Shown: positions 1 to 10,000 of the stretch, one piece after another
Numbering within the stretch: position 1 is the stretch's first letter
Layout: each line of letters starts with the position of its first letter
Assembly: GCF_004010195.1 (NCBI RefSeq)
Contig: NC_057746.1
Location: 12,951,812 to 12,986,725, forward strand
Reading direction: 5' to 3'
DNA: 34,914 nucleotides
Source: Chiloscyllium plagiosum
Lineage: Eukaryota
Made by a program: the position numbers and the translations under genes
Notes under the pieces: generated by a model
Told to the model about the DNA's origin: nothing
Database searches by the model: none
The model's input: only the letters and a program-made list of their open reading frames with translations

Positions 1-797
1 CCCCTGGGTCACTCCACTCAGTCCATCCCCCAGCACTGACCCCTGGGTCACTCCACTCAGTCTTTCTCCCAGCACTGACCCCTGGGTCCCTCCACTCAGT
101 CCATCCTCCAACACTGACCCTTAGGTCTCTCCACTCAGTCAATCCCCCAACACTGACCAAGAGGTCACTCCACTAGTCCATGCCCCAGCTCTGACCCCTG
201 GGTCAGTCCACCCATTCCTTCTGCCAGCTCTGCCCCCTGGGTCACTCCACTCAGTCCATCCCCAGCACTGACCCCTGGGTCACTCCACTCAGTCCATCCC
301 CCAGCACTAACCCCTGGGTCACTCCACTCAGTCCATCCCCCAGCACTGACCCCTGGGTCACTCCACTTAGTCCATCTCACAGCACTGACCCCTGGGTCCC
401 TCCAGTCAGTCCATCTCCCAGCACTGATCCCTGGGTCACTCCACTCAGTCCATCACTGACCACTGGGTCACTGCACTCAGTCCATCTCCCAGCACTGACC
501 CCTGGGTCACTCCACTCAGTCCATCCCCCAACACTGACCACTATGTCACTCCACTAGTCCTTGCCCCAGCTCTGACCCCTGGGTCAGTCCACTCAGTCCA
601 TCCCCAACACTGACCCCTGTGTCACTCCACTCAGTCCATCCCTGAGTCACTCTACTCAGTCCATCTCCCAGCACTGACCCCTGGGTCACTCCACTCAGTC
701 TATCCTCCAGCACTGACCCCTGGATCCCTCCACTCAGTCCAACCCCCAGCACTGACCCCTGGATCTCTCCACTCAGTCCATCCCCCAGCACTGACTC
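1..797. repeat. 39-bp minisatellite (~20 copies, runs off the left edge)
   Basis: Unit CCCCTGGGTCACTCCACTCAGTCCATCCCCCAGCACTGA repeated head to tail. The - strand ORFs show the matching 13-aa periodicity (WTEWSDPGVSAGG; LGDGLSGVTQGSV). Confidence 0.97.
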
Positions 798-819
798 CTT
801 TGTTGAAGAGTCTAATAAT

Positions 820-1420
820 CACCTTAAATTGATACTTAGCCCCTTTCTCCTCTGATTAGACTATCACTTTAATCTCCCTTTTCTCTCTGAGACTCGTTCC
901 CCTTTCCTTCTGACCAGATTGTGATGCTAATCCCTCAGTTCTGTCTGATATTAAATCCCTTGCCCCTTTGACCAGGCTGTGAATGTAATTTCCCATTTGG
1001 ATCAGATACCAGGTCGCCTTTATCTTCTGTTCAGATTGTGATTCTGATCCTTCATTTCTATTTGATACTTGACCCCTTTCCCCTCTAATCACACTGTCCC
1101 TTTCACCCCATTTCTATTTGATACTCGAATCCCTTTGCCCTCTGATCACTCTGTGACATTTACGCCCCATTTATACCTCCTATGAGATCCTCTTTCCCTC
1201 TGATCTACTTCTGACATCAATCTGCAATTTCTATCTAATACAGATCCCCTTCCATCTGATCAGACAGTGACTCCAATCCTCCATTTCTGAAGCTTGATCT
1301 CCTTTCCCCTCTGATCGGATTGTGACTTGAATCCACTTTTTCTATCTGATGTTGGATTCCCTTTCCTCTCTGATCAGACTGTGACTCTAATCCCCCATGT
1401 CAATCTGCTACTAGATTCCT
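820..1420. repeat. Degenerate ~58-bp tandem repeat (~10 copies)
   Basis: Recurring motif like CCCTTTCCCCTCTGATCAGACTGTGACTCTAATCC...ATTTCTATCTGATACT. TCTGAT-like cores fall at about 851, 909, 1026, 1084, 1141, 1199, 1255, 1310 and 1369. Confidence 0.85.
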
Positions 1421-1710
1421 TACTGAGGCAGTGTTCTAATGTTTCCCAACCTCTGGGAGAATAAATCTCTTGTCAACTCTGTCCTAATAGGGAGACCCTA
1501 TTTGTTAACAATGCTCCCATCAGTTGTGACTTACTCATAGAAGAAAACATCCGATACTTATCCAGCTTCTCAAGACCAATCAGGATGTTAGGTACTTTAA
1601 TTAAAGCACTCCTGACTCTTCCAACTGGATCAGAAGCTTGACCAGTCTATCCAAAAGAGAAGAGAACCCACTCCTTCCAGGTACCAGTCTCCTCTAAACT
1701 GCCTCCAACA
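1421..1710 (-). mobile_element. Highly decayed CR1-type LINE, 3' part of ORF2
   Basis: Weak by-eye resemblance to the 3' ORF2 region of the younger CR1 copies in this window; no intact ORF. Confidence 0.4.
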
Positions 1711-1712
1711 TC

Positions 1713-2023
1713 GAGTCCATAGAATCCCTACAGTGTGGACACAAGTTATTTGGCCCAACAGGACTACATCGACCCTCTAAAGACTATCCCACTCAGACCC
1801 ATCCCCCTATCCTATCACCGTGTATTTCCCAAGGCATGGCTAGTCCACCTAATCTGCACAACTTTGGACGGTGGGGGGAAACTGGAGCACTCAGAGGAAA
1901 GCCACGCTGATACGGGGAGAATGTGTAAACTCCACGCAGACAGTTGCCCGAGGTTGGAATCTAACCCGGGTCCAGGTGGTGCTATGAGGCAGCAGTGCTA
2001 ACACTTGACCCACCATGCTGCCC
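1713..2023 (-). mobile_element. HE1-like tRNA-derived V-SINE
   Basis: Central V-SINE core (GGGGAGAATGTGTAAACTCCACGCAGACAG on +), a tRNA-like head at ~1950-2023 and a CR1-like 3' tail; diverged copy of the 14493-14833 element. Confidence 0.85.
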
Positions 2024-3041
2024 TACAGCCTGGAAACAAAGACTTCAGTCCAACTTGTCCACACCAACAAGATATCCTAGATTGATCTCGTCCCATTTAC
2101 CAGCATTTGGCCCATTATCTCTCCAAAATCTTCCTGCTCAGGTACTCACCCAGATGCATGTTAAATATTGTAATTGTACCAGCCTCCACCACCTCCTCTG
2201 GCAGCTCTGCGTGAACACGTTGCCCCTAAGGTTCCTTTTAAATGTTGCCCCTCTCACCTTAAACCTCTGCCCTCTAGGTTTGGACTCCCCTACCTGGCAA
2301 AAAGACCTTGGCTATTCACATTACCCATGCCCCTTATAATTTTATAAATATTTATTAGGTCATCCCTTAGCCTCTGAATGCTCCGGGGAAAACTGTCCAT
2401 CCCCATTAAGTCTCTCCCTGGAGCTTAAACCCTCCGACCCTCGCAACATTCTCGTAAATCTTTTCTGATCCCGTTCAAGTTTCACAACATCCTTCTGATA
2501 GGAAGGAGACCAGAACTGATGCACTATTCTCAAAGTGGCCTAACCAATGTCCTGTACAGTCACACATGACATCCCCCGAACTCCCATATTCAATGCACTA
2601 ACCAGTGAAGGCACGCATGTCAAATGGTCTGCAGTACCCTGTCTCCCTGTGACTCCACTTTCAAGGAACTATGCATCTGCACCCCTCGGTCTCTTCATTT
2701 GGCAACACTCCCTAAGGCCCTACCTTCATTAACTACTGCCTTGGTTTGCCTTAGCAAAGTGCAACACTTCATATTTATCTAAATTAAACTCCATCTGCCA
2801 CTCCTCGGCCCATTAGCCCATCTGATCACGGTACCATTGTAGTCTGAGTTAACCTTCTTCACTGCGCTCAGCACCATCTATTTTGGTGTTATCTATAAAG
2901 TTACTAACCATACTTCCTGTATTCACATTCAAATCATTTATATCAGTGACGAAAAGCAGTGAATCCAACATCTATCCTTGTGGCACTCTGCTGGTCAAAG
3001 GCACCCAGTCTGAAAAGCAACTCTCCATCACCGCAACTCTC
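2024..3041 (-). mobile_element. CR1/HER1-type LINE, 3' ~1-kb fragment (decayed RT C-terminus + 3'UTR)
   Basis: Colinear with the CR1 copies at 8702-9590 and 10114-11554, with stops and frameshifts. Confidence 0.85.
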
Positions 3042-5755
3042 CATGTCCTGGATGGTGTCAAGCTTCTTGACTGTTTGAGCATGCCCCCCTCCAGTTAAGT
3101 GGAGAGTATTCCATCACACTCCTGATTTCTGCCTGGTAGGTGGTGGACAGGCTTTGGGGAGTCAGGAGGGAGTTACTTGCTACACTATTCCCAACCTCTG
3201 ACCTGCCCTTTTAGCCATTGTAATCATATAATGTGCCTGGCTAGTTTCTAGCCAATGATAACTCCCAGGATGTTGATAATGGGAAGTCCAGTGATGGCAA
3301 TACTATTCAATCTCAAGGAACGATGGTTAGATTGTCTCTTGTTGGTGATGGTCATAGCCTGGCGTTTGTATAGCGTAAATGTTACTTGTCACTTGTCAAC
3401 CCAAACCTGAATATTGTCCAGGTCTTGTTGCATTTGGACATGGACTTCTTCAGTGTCTGAGGAGTCACGAATGGTGCTGAACATTGTGCAATCATTGGTG
3501 AATATTCCCACAACTGATGGAGGGAAGGTCATTGATAAAGCACCTGAAGATGATTGGGCCTAGGGCAAGGATTCATGCCGAGATGTCCTGGAGCTGAGAT
3601 GACTGCCCTCCAACAACCACAACCATCCTCCTATGTGCCAGGTCTAACTCCAACTATCCCCCCTCCCCCCGAAGTCACTCTCACCTCATCTGTGGAACTT
3701 AGCTCTTTGTCTATGTTCGAACCAAGGCTGTATTGAGGTCAGGAGCTGAGTGACCCTGGCAGAGCCCAAACTGGGTGCCACTGAGAAAGGTATTGCTGAG
3801 CAGGAGCTGCTCGATAGCACTTTGATGACACCTTCCATCACTTTACAAATGATTGAGAGTAGACTGATGGGACGGTAATTTGCTGGGTGAGATTTGTCCT
3901 GCCTTTTATTCTCAGGACACTCTTTTGCACGTTTACACCTTGTTGGGTAGATGCCAGTGTTGTAGCTTGGCTAGGGGAGCAGCAAGTTCTGCAGCACAAG
4001 TCTTCAGTACTATTGCTGTAACATTGTAAGGACAAATAGCCTTGCAGTATCCAGCCTTCAAGCATTCATTGATATTATATGGAGTGGATTGAATTGGCTG
4101 AAGACAGCCAGTGATGCTTGGGACCAAAGAGGAGTCCAAGATGGATCATCCACTCAACACTTCTGGCTAAAATTTTCTGCTAATGCTTCAGCCTTTTCTT
4201 TTGTGCTGATATATTGGACTCTTCCATCATTAAGAATGGGGAATTTTGTGGAGCATTCTCCACCAGTGAGTTGTCTAATTTTCCATCACCATTCACGCTT
4301 AGACCTGATCTATTGGTTGTGGGATTACATATCTCTGTTGATCTCTTGCTACTTATGCTGTTTGGTGTGCACGTTGTCCTGTTTGGTAGCTTCACCACAT
4401 TGACACCTCATTTTCAGGTAAGCCTAATACTGCTCCTTGCAAGCCCTCCTGCACTCTCCATTGAACCAGGGTTGATCTCCTGACTTGATGATGTGCCAGG
4501 CCATGGGTTTGCAGATTGTGTTGAAGTACAATTCGTTTGCTGTTGATGGACCACAGCACCTCAGACTTGAGCTGCCAAATCTGTCCATTTAGCATGGTGA
4601 GAGTGTCACACAACATGCTGGAGGTTATGAAGGCAGGACTTCATCTCCATAAAGACCATGTGGTGGTCACTCGTATCAATACTGACATGGACAGATGTAT
4701 CTGCTGCTGGCAGATTGATGAGGAGGAGGTCAAGTATGTTCTTCCCTCATGTTGGTTTTCTCACCACCCAGTCTAGCAGCTATGTCGTTTAGGACCCAAC
4801 CAGCTCAATCAGTAGTACTGCTACCGAGCCACTCTTGTTGGTGGACACTGAAATCTCCCACCCAGAATACATTCTGTGCCCTTGCCACCCTCAAGCTTCC
4901 TCCAAGTGTTGTTCAACATAGAGTCATAGAAATGTACAGCATGGAAACAGACCCTTCAGTCCAGCCCGTCCGTGCTTACATATCCATGCGCCTCATAATT
5001 TGGAAACCTCTATAAGGTCATCCCTCGGCCTCCGACGCTCATGGGGGACTGCTGATTCATTAGCCAAGGGAGGATGGTCCACGGTAATCAGCAGGTGGTT
5101 TTCTTACCATATTTAACCTGAAGACATAAGACTTCATGGTGTCCAGAGCTGATGTTGGAGACTCCTTTTGCAACTCTCTCCCAACTATAAACCATCGTGC
5201 TGCTACCTCTGCTGGGTCTGTCCTGCCGTTGAGACAGGACATATCCACTGATGGCGATGGTGGTGTCTGGGACATTGTCAGTAAGTTATGATTCCATGAG
5301 GCTGTTGCTTGCTTAGTCTGTGAGACAACTCTCCTGATTTTGGCACTATCCACCGATGTTCATGAGGAGGTCTTTGCAGGGTCAACAGAGCTGCTTCTGC
5401 AGTTGTTGTTGCCGGTGCCTACGTCAATGCCAGATGGTCTATCCAGTTCCATTTCTTCTTGAGACTTCATTGCGATTGTTACACGGAGTGGCTTGCTCTG
5501 CCATTTCAGAGGGAAGTTGGAGTCACCAGGTGGGGATGGCTGGTTTTTGTACCTGAAGAACATTAATGAGCCAGATGGGTTTTCTGACAATCAACAATGG
5601 CTTCATGGTGATCAGTCATTTCTTAATTCCAGGTATTTTTATTAAATTCAAATTCCATTATCTGCCACAGGAAGGTTTGAACCTGAGTCCTGAGAACATC
5701 AGCTGAATTTCTGGATTACCAGTCTCTAGTGATAGTACCACTGCCATCACCTCCC
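3042..5755 (-). mobile_element. Decayed non-LTR retrotransposon (APE endonuclease + RT ORF), preceded by a tRNA-like head
   Basis: - strand peptides: APE-like IVPKSGELSHRLSKQQP...DNVPDTTIAISGYVLSQRQDRPSRGSSTMVYS (~5350-5180), IVLKTCAAELAAPLAKL (~4000), and RT-like LGPIIFRCFINDLP...VGIFTNDCT (~3560-3485). A/B-box-like head at 5670-5755. Confidence 0.8.
4916..5040 (-). mobile_element. Short, internally deleted CR1 3' fragment nested in the older LINE
   Basis: Starts with the CR1 3'-terminal signature ATAGAGTCATAGAAATGTACAGCATGGAAACAGACCCTT, then jumps to CATGCGCCTCATAATTTGGAAACCTCTATAAGGTCA. Confidence 0.75.
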
Positions 5756-5759
5756 CATC

Positions 5760-6690
5760 ACCTCTTGAATATCCCTTCCCCAATGATTGTAATTTAACCA
5801 AGTTCCTCTCCCCCTTCCACTTCCTGGTTTACAGCTAAGACTCAACTGGTTTTGTACTCTCTGTAGTGAAGGCAACAGGAAATTATGTCTTTATTTCATT
5901 CACCATTTTCTTATTAATTTCCCATTTCACTCTTGAGAGGACCAGCACTAACTTTACATAATCTTTCTATTTTTAATACCTGTAATAAATTGCTGTCCAT
6001 TTTCACATATGTAGCTAGCTGCTTTTCATTCATTATTTTCTTTCTAAATGATTAATCTTTGAACCGTTCTCTGCTGCTCCTTAGACTCTGTTCAACCATC
6101 TGATCTGCCATTCACCTTTAAGTAATTCTGTGCTTTTTCCTTGACTTTGATGCTTTCATTAGCTTCTTTTGTTAACCACAGTACTCCCCTTAAAATGTTT
6201 CTTTATATTTGTGTTTGCTGCTTTCTATATGTACCTTTGCTCTGAGGTTCATGATTTATCCTGTCACATTACACAATTCGAAGCCTAACATAACCTGTTC
6301 TCTGTTGGTTCCTAAATGTGCTTCTCGAAAGAAAAACTTGCTCAAAAGCAAACTATGACCTGTTCATCCAACCTACCAGTGTCAATCTTATTTTTCCACT
6401 TGCTATGTAAATTAAATTGACTACAATTATCATTGTATTGTCACAGCAATCAGCATTTCTTCTTGTAAGTTCACTGTTTACTGTTCATGGAACTAGGGAC
6501 CACTGCTACAAATAATTCATTCCCCCTACTATCCCTCACTTCCACCTGATCTGATATTCAACGTCTCAATGTCTGAAACCAAGATCATTTGTAACTATTG
6601 CACATGTACCATCTTTGATTAACTGTGTCATCCCTCACCATTACCAAACTTCTGATTCTTTTAGAGGTCATCTGTCCCTGAAATGTTATG
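5760..6690 (-). mobile_element. Highly decayed CR1-type LINE ORF2 (5' part), possibly the same insertion as 1421-1710
   Basis: By-eye resemblance to CR1 ORF2 sequence upstream of RT; no ORF. It lies between the two blocks of the 58-bp repeat. Confidence 0.35.
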
Positions 6691-6696
6691 ACCCAA

Positions 6697-6835
6697 ATCA
6701 GTGACACTGATCCCAATTTATATCTAATATTAGATCCCCTTTTCCTTCTGATCAGAATGTGACACTCATCCACCATTTCTAAATGATATAACATTCCCCC
6801 CTCCCTCTGATCAGATTCTGATTATCTATTAATGA
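6697..6835. repeat. ~2.5 further copies of the ~58-bp repeat, directly upstream of the alpha2 exon
   Basis: TAGATCCCCTTTTCCTTCTGATCAGAATGTGACACTCATCCACCATTTCT and CCCCCCTCCCTCTGATCAGATTCTGATT match the 820-1420 unit. Confidence 0.75.
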
Positions 6836-6866
6836 TTGATTACTGACCCCTGTTGGTCACTCACAG

Positions 6867-7142
6867 GAATTCATATTTTCCAATGGACCCGTTCAGCTGA
6901 GGTCAGTGATGACGGCTCCATGAAGAGATGGATGAGTTTTGGATTTGATGGAAAGGATTACATTAGTTTAGAACCAGACAGAATGAGGTGGGTTGCAGCA
7001 AATCACTTTGCAGTGCAAACGAAAGAGAAATGGGATTCGGATCAAGCCTGGAACAACTACTGGGAATCATATCTGCAAGAAAGTTACATTGAATATTTGA
7101 ATAAGTATTTGCAAGCAGGAAAGGAATATTTCTCAAGGAAAG
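6867..7142 (+). CDS. MHC class I alpha2 domain exon
   Basis: tcacag|GA...AAAG|gtatgt, 276 nt. Translates (G)IHIFQWTRSAEVSDDGSMKRWMSFGFDGKDYISLEPDRMRWVAANHFAVQTKEKWDSDQAWNNYWESYLQESYIEYLNKYLQAGKEYFSRK, with class I motifs GxHxxQ, FDGKDYI, TKxKW and YLxxGKE. Confidence 0.95.
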
Positions 7143-7259
7143 GTATGTATTTCTGTTTTTATGCCATGTTCTGATCTAACCTCACTGATCTATGAAACCG
7201 CTCTCCCATTCCATTCAGTGTCTGTCTGTTGTTTGTGGTTTCACCCTTTCCCATCACAG

Positions 7260-7537
7260 TTCAGCCTGAAGTGTTCATCTCCAGGAGGGAGCCCAATGGT
7301 CAGGACAAGCCACTCACTCTCTCCTGCCTGGTCACTGGGTTTGATCCTGTAGACATCGAGGTGACCTGGCTACGGAATGGAGAGGTCATGTCTGAGACCC
7401 AATCCTCGGGGTTCTACCGAACCATTATGGGACCCATCAGATCCAGAAAGAGATTGAGATCAATGCTGGGGATGAGGATCAATACTCCTGTCAAATTGAA
7501 CACAGCAGCCTGGCAGAGGCCCAGCTCTATCAGTGGG
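7260..7537 (+). CDS. MHC class I alpha3 (Ig C1-set) exon with a 1-nt frameshift at 7408-7411
   Basis: atcacag|TT...TGGG|gtaagg. Reads (V)[50 protein letters not shown], then in the shifted frame [43 protein letters not shown]1 motifs LxCxxxGFxP, W and YxCxxxHxSL are present. Confidence 0.93.
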
Positions 7538-7897
7538 GTAAGGGACTGTCCTCAATGATATTTAAATATTGATTCCCCGCACTGCACATTTATTGGTGGT
7601 AAATTTGCTGCCACCAATCATTCTGACTGGTGTTCATCAACAAGACTGATTTCCAGTGCCACTTCATCTTAGGCAGTGCTGGAGTCTCAATGGACAATCA
7701 GTCAGTTCATTACAGAATATTTCATAACTAATTATACCATACAGCAAATGCAGCATGATCTCCCATGAGACAGCAGACACAGCCTAAGATGAAGCACACA
7801 ATACTGTTCTTCCAACATTCTCACATTATGGATAGACCTCACCTTGTGATCTCAGATTCCACTCTCAGCTCACATTGTAACTGCTGTACACAACAAG

Positions 7898-8262
7898 TAG
7901 TGTGTATCTGTATGTTGATATGTTTGTGTGTACATGTTACTGAGTAAGTATGCATCTGTGTATGGACATGTTTGTGTGGTCTGTGTGTGGACGTGTCAGT
8001 GTGTATGCAATTCTCTGTGTGTCCATGTATTTGTGAGTGGATATGACTGTTGTGTCTGTGCCTGGGTGTGTCTATGTATGTGTGTGATGAGGGTAAGTGT
8101 ATCTATGTGTGTTGGAGTGCATCTGTCTGTCTGTGTGTGTATGTAGGTGTGTCATTGTGTAGGTGTGCACTTTTGTGGGAGTGGTCTGTGTGGGTGTGCC
8201 CATTAATGATGTGCGTGTTTCTATGCAAGGGCATGTTTGTGTGAGTGTGTGAGTGTGTATGG
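7898..8262. repeat. Degenerate (TG)n-rich low-complexity tract
   Basis: Imperfect GT dinucleotide repeats; source of the spurious Cys/Val-rich and His/Thr-rich ORFs. Confidence 0.9.
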
Positions 8263-8701
8263 ATGGAAATGCCTACACATGGACCAGTCTGCATGATAGT
8301 AGAACATCCACAGACTTAGTGTGGGGCATGTTTCCACATTTCTGCTGCCTGATTTATGCCATGGTTTTCCCTCTTTTTAACCATAGCTAAAACATGCAGC
8401 TCTCTTGTTCCAGATTCTGCAACTAGAGAAAATAGGTTTGCTGTAAATAAGCTATCACCTCCCTGTAAACACTTTGATCAGCTCATCTTTCATCCTGCTT
8501 ATCATGTGAAAACACATGGCTGATCGATATGATCTGTCCTTAGACTGTATTCTTGACCAGACCAGACCACCTTAAAATGTTTTAAGAAGGTATCCCAGAC
8601 CCTAACGTTTTTAGTTGTTTTGGTAGATGTAAGGTGGATATCCCAGGAGTGATGCAATTGGTCAAACCATGCAACTTTAAACAAAACAGAGTTTATTTGC
8701 A

Positions 8702-9755
8702 GAGTACCAAATATATGGAAACAAGCCCTTCAGTCCAACTCGTCCATGCTGACCAGATATCCTAACCCAATCTAGTCCCACCTGCCAGCACCCGGCCTAT
8801 ATCCCTCCAAACCCTTCCTATTCATATACCCATCCAAATGCCTCGTAAATGTTGCAATTGTACCAGCCTCCACCACTTCTTCTGGCAGCTCATTCCATAC
8901 ACGTACCACCCTCTGTGTGAAAAAGTTGCCCTTGAGGTCTCTTTTATATCTTTCCCCTCTCACCCTAAACCTATGCCCTCTAGTTCTGGACTCCACCAAC
9001 CCACAGAAAAACCTTTTGTATTTACCCTATCCATGCCCCTCATGATTTTATAAACCTCTGTAAGGTCACCCCCCCCCCAGCCTCTAACACTCCAAGGAAA
9101 ACAGCCCTAGTCTATTCAACCTCTCCCGATAGCTCAAATGCTCCAGCCCTGGCAACATCCTTGTAACTCTTTTCTGAACCCTTTCAAGTTTCACAGTATC
9201 CTTCTGATAGGAAGGAAACCAGAATTGCATGAAATATTCCAAAAGTGACCTTACCAATGTCCTGTACAGCCGCAACATGGCCTCCCAACTCCTGTACCCA
9301 ATACTCTAACCAATAGAGGAAACGCCTACCAAACGCCTTCTTCACTATTCTATCTGCCTGTGACTCTACTTTCAAGGAGCTACAAACCTGCACTCCAAGG
9401 TTTATTTGTTCAGCAACACCCCCAAGGACCTTACTATTCAGTGTATAGTCCTACTAAAATTTGCTTTCCCAAAATGTAGCACCTCGTATTTATCTAAATT
9501 AAACTCCATCTACCACTCCTCAGCTCATTGGTCCATCTGATCAAGATCCTGTTGTAATCTGAGGTAACCCTCTTCGCTGTCCAATACACCTAACCTGCAC
9601 ATCTTTGGACTGTATGAGGAAGCCGGAGCACCTGGACAAAACCCACGCAGACACAGGGAGAACGTGCAAACTCCCCACAGCCTGAGGCTGGAGTTGAACC
9701 TGGGTCCCTGGCGCTGCAAGACAGCAGTGCTAACTGCTGAGCCCCCGTGTCGCCC
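8702..9755 (-). mobile_element. Chimeric retroposon: HE1-like SINE head/core (9755-9587) fused to ~890 bp of CR1 3' end (9590-8702), with a 7-bp TSD
   Basis: ATTTGCA at 8695-8701 and at 9756-9762. The SINE core runs directly into CR1 RT sequence (GVLDSEEGYLRLQQDLDQM) across a CACC microhomology. Confidence 0.85.
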
Positions 9756-10000
9756 ATTTGCAACACTCCTACTTCAATTCCTGTGACAATCTAGAGTCTG
9801 TTATAACCCAGGCATGTGTCATTTGATCACTCTTTTCTAATTTACCTACTAGTTTGAACTTGGCTTTTCATTTTGGTTTCTTAATTTAAAAAATGTAAAC
9901 CCATAGTATTTGCGAAGTGATGAAGCTAAAAGGATTAAATAATGAAAACATATAAATATGCTGGTGTTGCTTAAAATCTTTAGGATTATGGGGTGACCTC

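Noticed and set aside
1-797. CRISPR-like array, or repetitive proteins from ORFs 165..380 and 546..791
   Set aside because: Units are contiguous with no unique spacers and the context is vertebrate; the ORFs just reflect a 39-bp (13-codon) period.
800-6866. Leader or alpha1 exon of the class I gene
   Set aside because: I saw no alpha1-like peptide in the ORF track or by eye; the interval is explained by tandem repeats and retroelements. A very diverged exon cannot be fully excluded.
7765-8294. Cys/Val-rich and His/Thr-rich ORFs
   Set aside because: Translations of a degenerate (TG)n tract.
8490-8694. Possible LTR-like fragment flanking the SINE-LINE chimera
   Set aside because: No partner repeat, PBS or PPT recognisable within the window.
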